This document shows positions 49,901 through 60,352 of a DNA stretch of 64,000 nt, in pieces. The stretch spans positions 928,001 to 992,000 of the forward strand of contig OZ244042.1 of NCBI GenBank assembly GCA_965215015.1. Reading direction: 5' to 3'. The notes under the pieces were generated by a model. It was not told the origin of the DNA. It ran no database searches and worked only from the letters and a program-made list of their open reading frames with translations. Position numbers and translations under genes: made by a program. Origin of the DNA: Candidatus Poribacteria bacterium. Lineage in GTDB: Bacteria > Poribacteria > WGA-4E > PCPOR2b. The first letter of the stretch is position 1. Each line of letters starts with the position of its first letter.

Positions 49901-51557
49901 CTACCCGTGGATCGCCACAGTGCGGCACTCGACGCCGGGGGTCGAGCTCATTTCGCCGCCGCCACACCACGATATCTATTCGATTGAAGACCTTGCCCAA
50001 CTTATCCACGATTTGAAAAACTCGAATCACCAGGCGCGGATTAACGTCAAGCTGGTATCCGAAGTCGGTGTTGGCACTATCGCCGCTGGTGTGGCAAAAG
50101 GACACGCGGATGTCGTGCTCATCAGTGGACTTGATGGCGGCACCGGAGCTTCCCCACAAACCAGCATTAAACACGCTGGTTTGCCTTGGGAACTGGGCGT
50201 GGCGGAAACCCATCAGACCCTTGTGTTGAATAATCTGCGTTCTCGTATTATCGTGGAAACGGATGGGCAACTTAAAACCGGTCGAGATGTTATTGTCGCT
50301 GCGCTATTGGGTGCCGAAGAGTTTGGTTTTGCGACCACAGCATTGGTGACGCTGGGCTGTATTATGATGCGTGTATGCCATCTAGATACCTGTCCGGTGG
50401 GGGTAGCGACGCAAAACCCGGAGCTACGCAAGAAATTCATGGGAGATCCTTCCCACGTAGTGAATTTCATGCGTTTTATCGCGCAGGACATGCGTGAAAT
50501 CATGGCGCAGTTGGGGGTTCGCACGGTCAACGAACTAATCGGTCGCACCGATTTGCTTGAGCCGGCAAAGGCGGTTGGCCACTGGAAAGCGAAAGGAATC
50601 GATCTTTCGCCGATTCTCTATCAACCTCAAGTTGGACCTGAAATTGGTCGCTACTGCCAAATTGACCAAGACCACGGTTTGGATAAGGCACTAGATAAAG
50701 AAGTCCTTCTAGACTTCTGTGAACCTACTTTACGGGATGGAACAAAAGTTACAGGATCCTTCCCAATTAAGAATACCAATCGAGTTGTCGGCACGATTTT
50801 AGGCAGTGAACTTACCCGACGTTACGGGCCCGAGGGGCTACCCGAAGATACCATTGATATTCATTTTGAAGGATCTGCAGGTCAATCTTTTGGCGCGTTC
50901 ACACCCCCTGGCGTTACGTTTCGTCTGGAGGGTGACGCGAATGACTATTTCGGCAAAGGACTTTGCGGCAGCAAGTTGATTGTTTATCCTCCCAAAAAAT
51001 CCATATTCAAACCCCAAGAAAACATCATTATCGGCAACGTTGCCTTCTACGGGGCCACCAACGGCGAAGCCTATATCCGTGGTATGGCTGGTGAGCGTTT
51101 TTGTGTTCGGAACAGTGGCGTTCGCGCCGTCGTCGAAGCTGTGGGGGACCACGGCTGTGAGTATATGACGGGCGGCAGAGTCGTTGTTCTCGGCAAAACG
51201 GGGCGTAACTTCGCCGGTGGAATGTCGGGTGGGATTGCGTACGTACTTGACCGTGATGGTGATTTTCATATTCGCTGTAATCAGGAACAGTGCGACCTTG
51301 TACGCTTGGAGGATCCGGTAGAGGTCTCGGAGGTTAAAGGGATGATTCAGAGGCATGCTGAGTATACCGGGAGCGAACTTGCGTTGGAAATTTTGGGGGA
51401 CTGGGATAACAGGCTTCCCCAATTCGTCAAGGTCATGCCGCAAGACTACAAAAGGATTCTTGACGCATTTCAGGAAGCAGAAACGGAAGGATTCGAGGGA
51501 GATAACGCTTGGTTAGAGGCCTTTCGGCGCGGTGTCGCTGCTGAAGAGGCAGCTTGA
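46962..51557 (+). CDS. gltB: Glutamate synthase large subunit
   Basis: [59 protein letters not shown]-terminal domain. Confidence 0.98.
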
Positions 51558-51582
51558 GTTGATAAAAACATAAGGGCATATT

Positions 51583-51810
51583 ATGACCTTCTCACAAGCA
51601 CGGCTACGCGAAATTCCATCAATTCCTGACCGATAAATTGATACTAAAGACATTCCCTAGCTAGATGCAGACTTCTGGGAAAACGCGACGTTGCACTTCA
51701 AAGGAAAGCCGATTAACGAACTGCTTCCGAAGAAAAAGAGGAATTCATGGAATACCGTGCCCGTATCATGGACCGATCATTTGGGATTGATTAGGAAACG
51801 ATCCGGGTAG
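51583..51810 (+). pseudogene. BrnA-type antitoxin-like N-terminal remnant with two in-frame stops
   Basis: Translates as MTFSQARLREIPSIPDR*IDTKDIP*LDADFWENA, resembling the IDxSDIPELxxxFWxxA N-terminus of BrnA-like antitoxins. Confidence 0.6.
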
Positions 51811-51850
51811 CTGAGGAGCAGCTTGGAAAGATAGGATTCAAGGAGATAGC

Positions 51851-53347
51851 ATGGCAAAACCAACGGGATTTATGGAATATGATAGAGAACTTCCGCCCGA
51901 TCGTTCACCATTAGAGCGTATCAAAGACTGGAACGAATTTCACGAACATTTTACGGTAACAAAACTTCAGACACAAGGGGCACGCTGTATGGATTGCGGC
52001 ATCCCGTTCTGTCATACAGGGATGCGATTACCGGAGAATAGCCCTGCGGCATCGGGCTGTCCAATCAACAATCTGATACCGGAATGGAATGACCTCGTCT
52101 ATCGCGGTTTATGGAAAGAGGCGTTGGAACGGCTGCATAAAACGAATAACTTTCCTGAATTCACAGGTCGGGTGTGTCCTGCACCTTGTGAAGGGGCTTG
52201 CGTCTTAGGCCTGATTGAGCCGCCGGTAACAATTAAAAATATTGAGGTCTCAATCATCGATAAGGGTTGGGAGGAAGGTTGGGTTGCTCCTGAGCCGCCC
52301 GCCAAACGTACGGGTAAACGTGTTGCTGTCGTAGGGTCTGGTCCGGCAGGTCTGTCGTGCGCTGCACAACTTAATAGGGCAGGGCATCTCGTCACAGTTT
52401 ACGAACGTGCTGACCGTATCGGTGGATTATTGATGTACGGCATCCCCAACATGAAATTGGACAAAAAAAGAGTTGTCCAACGTCGCATCGATTTAATGGA
52501 AGCGGAGGGGGTCAATTTTATTACCAATACCGAAGTCGGTAAGGATATCTCGGCAAAAGGATTAGTTGACAAGTTCGATGCGGTCGTTCTCTGTGGCGGT
52601 GCTACCAAGCCGCGAGACCTCCCGATCGAAGGTCGAAACCTCAAAGGCATCCATTTTGCTGTGCCGTTCCTTCACGCGAATACCAAAAGTCTCCTCGATT
52701 CTAATCACGAAGATGGAAATTATATCCCTGCCAAAGACAAGCACGTCATCGTTATCGGTGGCGGAGATACGGGCACCGACTGTGTGGGGACCTCCATGCG
52801 CCACGGATGCAAAAGCCTCACCCAGTTTGAGATTCTAGAACGTCCACCCGATGAACGCGCGCCCAATAATCCTTGGCCCGAGTATCCACGGGTTTACCAA
52901 CTCGACTACGGACAGGAAGAAGCCGCCGCCAAATTTGGGGCGGATCCGCGTATCTATCTTATCAACACTATGAAATTTGTCGGCGACGAAAAGGGGCACG
53001 TAAAAGAGCTGCATACCGCCGAGGTCGAGTGGGTACCAGGAGACGGTGGACGTCCTTTCCCTAAGCCAATCGAAGGCACCGAGAAAGTTTGGCCCGCCGA
53101 TTTAGTGCTTTTGGCAATGGGGTTCCTCGGTCCCGAAGATATCATTCTGGAAGAACTAGGCGTCGAGCGCGATGAACGCTCCAACGTCAAAGCGGAAGAG
53201 GATAAATATGCGACCAGTATCCCCGGCGTATTTGCTGCCGGCGACATGCGACGAGGGCAAAGTCTCGTTGTCTGGGCATTCAAAGAGGGACGTGGTGCCG
53301 CCCGCGAAGCGGATCGATACTTAATGGGAACGACGGATTTGCCGTGA
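51851..53347 (+). CDS. gltD: Glutamate synthase small subunit
   Basis: [47 protein letters not shown]. Confidence 0.98.
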   Translation: MAKPTGFMEYDRELPPDRSPLERIKDWNEFHEHFTVTKLQTQGARCMDCGIPFCHTGMRLPENSPAASGCPINNLIPEWNDLVYRGLWKEALERLHKTNNFPEFTGRVCPAPCEGACVLGLIEPPVTIKNIEVSIIDKGWEEGWVAPEPPAKRTGKRVAVVGSGPAGLSCAAQLNRAGHLVTVYERADRIGGLLMYGIPNMKLDKKRVVQRRIDLMEAEGVNFITNTEVGKDISAKGLVDKFDAVVLCGGATKPRDLPIEGRNLKGIHFAVPFLHANTKSLLDSNHEDGNYIPAKDKHVIVIGGGDTGTDCVGTSMRHGCKSLTQFEILERPPDERAPNNPWPEYPRVYQLDYGQEEAAAKFGADPRIYLINTMKFVGDEKGHVKELHTAEVEWVPGDGGRPFPKPIEGTEKVWPADLVLLAMGFLGPEDIILEELGVERDERSNVKAEEDKYATSIPGVFAAGDMRRGQSLVVWAFKEGRGAAREADRYLMGTTDLP

Positions 53348-53429
53348 GATTCCTTAATCAAATCGGACGAACACGAATTGACCTATCGGGGTAAACGAGC
53401 TACAGTGGAGCCGACAGTTCAACGCTGAT

Positions 53430-53737
53430 TGCTTTTCCTTTCGTTCGTGGCACCTTACGGACGTGCCAACCTGATGTGTTGTTTATCCACAAAGACAAAT
53501 TGCCCGGCACCAACCTTGATGATCTTGAAGGGCTACAACTCCTTGAGATTACCCCGGATTTGATTGTCGAAGTGCTTTCACCCTCTAATAAAAAAAATGT
53601 GCTGACAGGAAAATTGGCAGATTACCAACGGACCGGTGTCAAAGCGTGTTGGCTAGTCAACCGAGAAGGCAGTTCGGTTGCAGGCTTGCACCTGTCGGCG
53701 GAGAAATCTGAGCGAACGGGGCGCTTTTGCCTAATAT
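53430..53737 (+). pseudogene. Uma2 (DUF820) family endonuclease fragment
   Basis: QPDVLFI...PDLIVEVLSPSN...KLADY...GV..CWLV; the N-terminus is missing and the C-terminus runs into the convergent gene. Confidence 0.75.
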
Positions 53738-54598
53738 TCATGCGATCCGATCCGTTTTCGTCTGACGCAAATAATCCGAAATCCGCCGATATGCAGTGTT
53801 AAGCCGCTGCATCAGCTCAAGGCTCCCTCCCTTGTCTGGATGATAATTCAACGCAAGTTGACGATACCGCTCCCTCAAGGTATTCAAGTCCACCGAATAA
53901 TTCACACCAAAGAACCGAAAGCTATCCCGCAGTGCATCAGGCATATTTAATATTTGGTTTCTCGTTCCGTCCGGATCTCTCCGCCCAGTAACCTGTCGAC
54001 AAACCCCTTCCAAATACTTATCCAGTCGGACGTTGGGCATCAATCGAATCTCATCCACCTCAAAGAACAGTTCTCCGACACATCTAGCATGAATCGCCAT
54101 TGGGGTTAAGTTCGTCGTTTGAGCGAGGACACCTTCAACATTTTCGATTCGATCGCGTCTCTCTTGAGAAATCGTCTGTTCGTAGTAATCTTGAACTAGA
54201 TTCTGGTAAAGTCCCCACCTGGAAGGCTGTAGACCGATTGCTGCCCAATTTCGTAACCGGTAACCAATGAAGGCATCGAGCACCTCGCGGGCAGCGTAAG
54301 CGGCAATTTCGTTCCGAATCAGTTCCTGATCGGCTATATCAAACCCTTGAAAGACGGAGAAATCTAACTTACGTCGGTAGAAATCGCCTAATATCTCCAA
54401 GTGACAAGTGGATACCAATGACATGGGTGGTTTTATAAAATCGCCCTTCCATGTGCAGAGTTGTCTTTGAAATTGTTGGATATCCGTGAAAGAGATTTGG
54501 GCTGCTGCATCATTCGCACATTTATTGAAAATAGCCCGTAATCGATCCGAGATGGACGCCAATTCGTCAATGAATAAATAACTCTTAACCATTTGCAC
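53738..54598 (-). CDS. Protein with a C-terminal J domain
   Basis: LRERYRQLALNYHPDKGG...LNTAY (HPD motif); the N-terminal ~225 aa are unrecognised. Confidence 0.8.
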   Translation of the reverse strand: MQMVKSYLFIDELASISDRLRAIFNKCANDAAAQISFTDIQQFQRQLCTWKGDFIKPPMSLVSTCHLEILGDFYRRKLDFSVFQGFDIADQELIRNEIAAYAAREVLDAFIGYRLRNWAAIGLQPSRWGLYQNLVQDYYEQTISQERRDRIENVEGVLAQTTNLTPMAIHARCVGELFFEVDEIRLMPNVRLDKYLEGVCRQVTGRRDPDGTRNQILNMPDALRDSFRFFGVNYSVDLNTLRERYRQLALNYHPDKGGSLELMQRLNTAYRRISDYLRQTKTDRIA

Positions 54599-54739
54599 AC
54601 CTGTCCAATAAAGAGAGATGATAAAGTATACCGCCTTTTGCTCCTTTTTGCCAGCACTTGTGCTGATGATTTAGCACCGTTATCTCCCCGATTAATTTTT
54701 GGCACAGCAGTGTATTGTTGGCAGCAGCACTCTTCTTTT

Positions 54740-55095
54740 TAGGACTTACGCAGTTGACCCCTCGAAGCCTTGTCGGTCAAGATTCATGTCTCAACACCGA
54801 AATATCCACAGTCTCGATTTGGGAAAATCGACCGACAGCAGGCTTATGTAGGTGCATTTCGCAGTTTAGGCAACCTCGATTTCATCGAGGGCAGGCTCTG
54901 CGCCCCCCTTACAAATTCGGTGAAGATGTCTCGCAACGCCCGATCCATCGGGAAGCTACAGTTCATCCCAAAGTAGGGGGTACGCTCCGCGTGCCCTCCC
55001 CCTGCAAGCAGGGAGAGGAGGTCTTAGGGGGGACACCCCACCGGGTATTTAGCGGAGGGAAGGGGGTTACGATAAACTCAAGTCCCTAACTCCTA
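54740..55095. mobile_element. MITE-like element, family A (long variant)
   Basis: TAGGACTTACGCAGTTGA ... AAACTCAAGTCCCTAACTCCTA with several internal palindromes. Confidence 0.68.
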
Positions 55096-55160
55096 CCTTT
55101 TAATAAATCCTAGAACCGTTTACATCGAGAGCTACTGAGGCACAGTTCCCTTGTTTTGTC

Positions 55161-55190
55161 TTGACTTTATAGGGATGCCTTTGCTACAAT
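55161..55190 (+). promoter_or_regulatory. Candidate sigma70 promoter upstream of the TCA-type operon
   Basis: TTGACT-18 nt-TACAAT with TGn. Confidence 0.45.
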
Positions 55191-56062
55191 AATCTAAGTT
55201 GCTAGTAGTAGGTATACTTCGTATACCGTAACCTCAGAACCTAGCAACTTGAGTTACACTAGAAACCATACCCTGTTTTCGCGTGGAAAATGGGTGCGTT
55301 TTTCCGTTCCATGCAATAGTGGCCGTAACCCCTTGAACACAGGGAGCTACTATTATACTAATCCAAGTTGCCATCTGACCAATCACAATCCAATCGTGGC
55401 GCAGAGCTTGTCCTTAATGAAACCGAGGGTTTCAAGCTGTAACTGTCCCGCAGAGCCTGCCCTCGATGAAATCGGGTTGGGAAACCGGCACCACTATCTA
55501 TAGCCTTGCTCTCCGATAAGATTGGGATTCAAAGCAACTAGGGCTTTGAAGGTCGGGCAGGTTGAAAATTCCGATTTATCGGGGATTTCCAACCTACAGA
55601 TATAGGAGGTTGACTTTTATCGCACTTCACATAACTAGGGCGTGTTGACATTTTGCTGGTGCCAATTCCACAAATGCTGTAAGTCTGTCGAGATTGATAT
55701 CTCGACAAAACACCCGGACTATCGCGCAATGTTCTGGGTATTGTTGATTTTGGAAAATCGACCGACAGTAGGGAAACCCCAAGGATTACCCCTACAAGAA
55801 TCGGCCCAATGTAGGGCCGGTCCTGTGCCTGCCCAAAATACTCTTGGCATGAAGATGGGGTTCAATTTGTCAAATGCCGACAGAACCTAATTAACCATTG
55901 AGGGAATCTTTCCTGCACAATGGAAATGAACGATCCGCAGACCTATAAAAATAGAACCGTAACACCGTATATTATTCAAGCGAGCAATTCGAGCAAAGAG
56001 TCATTCCTACCCCAGCCCCCTACACTCCCAGTTCTAATCAGCCCTCGACGAAGGAGATTTTA

Positions 56063-57625
56063 ATGGCACAGAAGATAGCAGCCATGCGAAAGATGTTTTC
56101 AGAGCTCCCTGAAACTTCAGCTTACACCCCGGTGACGGAGGCATTGCAAAGCGCGGGACATTTGGATGCACAGGACATCGCAAATGCTCTCAAAGCGTTT
56201 AGCACCATGCCCCAGTCAACGAGCGTCTTTGCAAATCCGGTCCTACATCACGCAAAAGTGGATTGCAATGGCGCAGATATAACATTGGACATCCGTAGTT
56301 TTGGCATCCGCGGTGTGATTCAAGAGAATGAAATCATTGTCAGTGGACTCGCGCCCGCGTATGTAATCTTTGTCGGTTTGTTCGGCAGAAGGCCCGAAAA
56401 GGTTCAGAGTGGTTTTGATGAAGAGGCAGTACTTAGGGAACTAATTAATCGCAAGTTTTATCGAGTCAGAAGGGTTATCAGGGAAGATACTTCGGGGCGC
56501 AAGACATTAATCGAGCAGGTTGCCAACTTTGTTCAAACATTTCCAGAGCTGGGACCCGAGATTGCAATTCAGCACTTTTCGACACTGCGAAAAGCAAATC
56601 GGGCGAAAAACCGCAGCCCAGAACGTGGGTTGAACGACGAAAGGCGCGAGGGTCGCCTTCTACTTCAAATGATTGGAACACACATGGAGAATGTAGCAGT
56701 AGGCGCAACGTCAGCTTACATGCGCGGTCTACTGCAAAAGAACGCAAATTTAACCCCCAAGCAACTTGCCCACCAAACGGAGACACTCATCACTGAAGAG
56801 GAAAGCGCGGGCAGAACGGCATTTCAGACCTGCTACAGTCTTCTCCTCGGCCACCGTGCAAATGAAGTTGAGAATAAAGCCTTGGAGCGAATGGGAATCA
56901 TACAAACCCACCACGGATCGGCCGGATCCAATATGGTTGCCCGATATATGGCAACGCTACATACTCCCTCTGTCTCTGACTTTTTGATTGCCGCCCACAT
57001 GAACCTTGATGGCGATCGCCATTTTGGTGCAATTCACGACATGACGCACTTTATTAATGCACTCGAGCAACTCCCCCCAGAAAGGCGCGAAGAAGCCATC
57101 CAGAACGAAGTGCTAGGAGGGGGGATACCGACGTTTGGTCACCCGGAAATCGCTGCCGCCGGTAGAGTCGATGAAATTCAGCAAGATCCGAGACCCGCAA
57201 TTTACATTGAACCTGTTTTGCAGGCAATAGATAGTGGGGATCTTACGCTTGACAATAAGCAACAGCAGCGGCTCGGCATGATCCAACGCATCTATCAGAT
57301 TGCGTTTGTCGAAGGCGTAATCAAGCCGGATCGAGAAAAAGATCCACCACTTCGGTTGACGCCAAACACGGATTTCGGTGGTTGGGCAGTTCAAGAAGTG
57401 CTGGGTATCGATGAATTAGATCGAACGCTGCTTACCTATATCTTTAGAGGATTTGGTTGGATGATGGATGCGCGAGAACAATTACAAGACCGTCACATTA
57501 TTCGCCCAGTCATTCCTCCTGACCCTCAGATTATTCCCACAGATGGCAGCGACCCAACCATCCCGGATCTGGTTGTTTCAACTCATAATCGACTGGTTCA
57601 GGAAAACGCTTTTTCCCCGCATTGA
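56063..57625 (+). CDS. Divergent citrate synthase family protein
   Basis: Ordered motifs THHG, DRHFGA, IPTFGH, DPR, PNTDF correspond to citrate synthase DH / HGGA / GFGH / DPR / PNVDF; upstream of icd and mdh. Confidence 0.65.
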   Translation: MAQKIAAMRKMFSELPETSAYTPVTEALQSAGHLDAQDIANALKAFSTMPQSTSVFANPVLHHAKVDCNGADITLDIRSFGIRGVIQENEIIVSGLAPAYVIFVGLFGRRPEKVQSGFDEEAVLRELINRKFYRVRRVIREDTSGRKTLIEQVANFVQTFPELGPEIAIQHFSTLRKANRAKNRSPERGLNDERREGRLLLQMIGTHMENVAVGATSAYMRGLLQKNANLTPKQLAHQTETLITEEESAGRTAFQTCYSLLLGHRANEVENKALERMGIIQTHHGSAGSNMVARYMATLHTPSVSDFLIAAHMNLDGDRHFGAIHDMTHFINALEQLPPERREEAIQNEVLGGGIPTFGHPEIAAAGRVDEIQQDPRPAIYIEPVLQAIDSGDLTLDNKQQQRLGMIQRIYQIAFVEGVIKPDREKDPPLRLTPNTDFGGWAVQEVLGIDELDRTLLTYIFRGFGWMMDAREQLQDRHIIRPVIPPDPQIIPTDGSDPTIPDLVVSTHNRLVQENAFSPH

Positions 57626-57783
57626 AGGACGATATGTGGGAACTGGCGTTTGCGTTGGATTTCCTGAAACCTGATCCCAAGAGTTCACTAGTAATCAGGC
57701 TCATCCGATCTTCGCAGCGGAGCCCCTTGGTAGCTAGTTTCACTGCACGACCTGAACCGTTGTTTTTTAGAAAGGAGCCCAAT

Positions 57784-59007
57784 GTGGTCAACTCAGAAGC
57801 AATCGAGGCCGCAAAAGAACATTTCGGAAACGTCTTACAGCAACAACTTGAGAGAGTCGAGAAACTCAAACAAGAACCAAATTGGACAGATTATAGTTCT
57901 ATTTCGCCTATCATTGTTGGTATGCTCGGTGGTGACGGCATTGGTCCCACGATTAGTGCCGAAACCCAGCGTGTGCTCGAATATCTCCTACGTGACCCGG
58001 TCAGCAGTGGGAAGGTTGAGTTTCGGATAATAGAAGGGCTCACCATTGAAAATCGTGCTGCACAGATGCAGTCAATACCGGACGATGTACTTGAGGAGAT
58101 CAAGGCGTGCCACGTAACGCTAAAAGGACCGACGCACACCCCTGAACAGGGGGATGGATGGCCCAATCTAGAGAGCGCGAACGTCTCTATGCGTAAGTCC
58201 CTTGACCTGTTTGCCAATGTCCGCCCGGTACGCGTCCCTGCTGAAAACATTGACTGGACATTCTTCCGCGAAAACACTGAAGATATGTACGCGGTTGGCA
58301 GCCAAGGTATCAACGTCACCGATGACTTGGGGATAGATTTTCGCGTCATCACCAGCCAAGGGTCTGAGCGGATTATCGAGGCAGCCTTCGCTCACGCGAA
58401 ACGTACCGGCAGAACTAAGGTAACTGTTGTCACGAAAGCAAACATCGTTAAAACGACCGACGGCAAATTTCTCGATTTTGCCCGCCAGATTGCACAACGG
58501 TATCCGGATATTGAATGGGATAGTTGGTACATCGACATTATGACAGCGGCACTGATAAATCCAGCGCGTCAACAGGATTTTCAGGTGCTTGTGCTTCCTA
58601 ACCTTTATGGTGATATCTTGACTGACGAGGCAGCACAGATTCAGGGTGGCGTTGGGACCGCCGGTAGCGCGAATATCGGCAAACAGTATGCCATGTTCGA
58701 GGCGATTCACGGGAGTGCCCCACGAATGGTGCAGGAAGGAAGGGCGCAGTATGCTGACCCAAGCTCTCTCATCCGCGCAGGTGCCATGATGCTCGAACAC
58801 ATCGGATTCGATGAACTTGGTCAAAAGCTACACAAAGCCCTCGACATCTGTGGACAGTACGAGCGTAAGGTCGTTATGACCGGACGCAGCACCGGTGCCA
58901 CTAGCGAGGCATTCGGTGATTACATCATGGAGACAGTTGAGGATGCTAACGTTGAGGCGCGGTGGAAAGAATATATGAACGCACAAAGTGTGAAACGTGA
59001 TGCGTGA
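57784..59007 (+). CDS. icd: Isocitrate/isopropylmalate dehydrogenase family, probably isocitrate dehydrogenase
   Basis: GDGIGP, LKGPTHTP, SANVSMRKSLDLFANVRP, RENTE, NLYGDILTD, EAIHGSAP; GTG start at 57784 after AAGGAG. Confidence 0.8.
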   Translation: MVNSEAIEAAKEHFGNVLQQQLERVEKLKQEPNWTDYSSISPIIVGMLGGDGIGPTISAETQRVLEYLLRDPVSSGKVEFRIIEGLTIENRAAQMQSIPDDVLEEIKACHVTLKGPTHTPEQGDGWPNLESANVSMRKSLDLFANVRPVRVPAENIDWTFFRENTEDMYAVGSQGINVTDDLGIDFRVITSQGSERIIEAAFAHAKRTGRTKVTVVTKANIVKTTDGKFLDFARQIAQRYPDIEWDSWYIDIMTAALINPARQQDFQVLVLPNLYGDILTDEAAQIQGGVGTAGSANIGKQYAMFEAIHGSAPRMVQEGRAQYADPSSLIRAGAMMLEHIGFDELGQKLHKALDICGQYERKVVMTGRSTGATSEAFGDYIMETVEDANVEARWKEYMNAQSVKRDA

Positions 59008-59071
59008 AATGTGAAAACTATTTGTTCATCGGTTCATCGATGAAGTCGGGATAGGACACCTGACCTACGGG

Positions 59072-59160
59072 ACTTATAAAGAAAGACAGTGCAAAGCATG
59101 AAGAGAAACCGAGTTTTTCCGAAAAGACTCGGCTTCTGTTGCAAGATTTCTTAACATGAG
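59072..59160. mobile_element. MITE-like element, family B
   Basis: GACAGTGCAAAGCATGAAGAGAAACCGAG...CTCGG...GATTTCTTAACATGAG; repeated at 60203-60288, related to 35661-35720 and 3800-3845. Confidence 0.7.
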
Positions 59161-59235
59161 CGTATTTTTATCGAAACACAGAGCAATCAGTAGCAACTTA
59201 TTGTCAAAGTATATAATCTATCATAGGAGAAATGA

Positions 59236-60162
59236 ATGGCTCGAAAAAAAATTAGTGTGATTGGTGCTGGAAATGTCGGCGCGACTGCCGCGTTATTCAT
59301 TGCACAAAAGCAGCTTGGTGATGTCGTGATGGTGGATATCATTGATGGTGTCCCGCAAGGAAAAAGTTTGGATATGGCACAGGCATCGCCCGTTGAAATG
59401 TTTGATGCAAGTGTCACAGGCTCAATAGGTTATGAAGAGACAGCGGGCTCCGACGTTGTGATTATCACCTCCGGATCACCCCGTAAGCCGGGAATGACCC
59501 GCGAAGATCTATTGCAAACAAACGCGAACATCGTTGGCAGCGTCACGGAAAGCGTCGTAAAGCATTCGCCGGATTGCATTATTGTGATGTTGACCAACCC
59601 GTTGGACATCATGACCTACCATGCGTGGAAGGTTTCGGGATTCCCGTCCAACCGCGTGGTTGGACAGGCAGGTGTACTCGATTCAGCACGTTTCCGTTAC
59701 TTCATCTCCCTTGAACTGGGCGTGTCCGTTGAAGATATCAGTGCCCTCGTGATGGGGGGACACGGAGATACGATGGTGCCTCTGCCACGTTACACAACGG
59801 TCGGCGGAATCCCAATTACGCAACTCATATCTGCGGCACGAATTGAGGCATTGGCCCAGCGCACACGAGATGGCGGGGCGGAAGTGGTCGATCTTCTGAA
59901 GACAAGTGGTTACTACGCAGCAGGTGCCTCGCTTGCTCAGATGGCGGATGCAATCATCCGTGACAGAAAACGGCTTATCCCCTGTGCAGCGCATCTGACC
60001 GGACAGTTCGGTATCGACGACCTATATATCGGCGTTCCGATTAAATTGGGTGCGAACGGCGTCGAACAGATTATCGAGGTCGAATTGACTGACGATGAAA
60101 TCCAAGCATTGCAAACATCGGCTCAGACGTATCGTGAAGGGATTGAGTTGCTGGGATACTAA
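59236..60162 (+). CDS. mdh: Malate dehydrogenase (LDH-like)
   Basis: GAGNVG, PRKPGMTREDL, TNPLD, GVLDSARF, GGHGD, RTRDGGAE. Confidence 0.95.
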   Translation: MARKKISVIGAGNVGATAALFIAQKQLGDVVMVDIIDGVPQGKSLDMAQASPVEMFDASVTGSIGYEETAGSDVVIITSGSPRKPGMTREDLLQTNANIVGSVTESVVKHSPDCIIVMLTNPLDIMTYHAWKVSGFPSNRVVGQAGVLDSARFRYFISLELGVSVEDISALVMGGHGDTMVPLPRYTTVGGIPITQLISAARIEALAQRTRDGGAEVVDLLKTSGYYAAGASLAQMADAIIRDRKRLIPCAAHLTGQFGIDDLYIGVPIKLGANGVEQIIEVELTDDEIQALQTSAQTYREGIELLGY

Positions 60163-60202
60163 CACCAACATTCACGCTGGACGGTGTGCGTTAAAACTAT
60201 GG

Positions 60203-60288
60203 CTCATGTAAAAAGACAGTGCAAAGCATGAAGAGAAACCGAGTTTTTTCTTGTACTCGGTTTCTGTTGAACGATTTCTGAGCATGAG
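60203..60288. mobile_element. MITE-like element, family B
   Basis: CTCATGTAAAAAGACAGTGCAAAGCATG...GATTTCTGAGCATGAG; direct copy of 59072-59160. Confidence 0.7.
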
Positions 60289-60352
60289 TCAAAATTGTTC
60301 ACAAAACCTGTACAAAGCCCCATTCCAGTTTGTCAATCAAAAGGAGAACAGG

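Noticed and set aside
54700-56060. Short ORFs (54715-55089, 55249-55503, 55642-55890) and a possible structured ncRNA
   Set aside because: The region is largely a mosaic of dispersed MITE/REP-like repeats; the ORFs have no recognisable motifs and no known RNA family was identifiable by eye.
57622-57783. N-terminal 54-aa extension of icd in the ORF track
   Set aside because: An AAGGAG RBS precedes the GTG at 57784, where family similarity begins.
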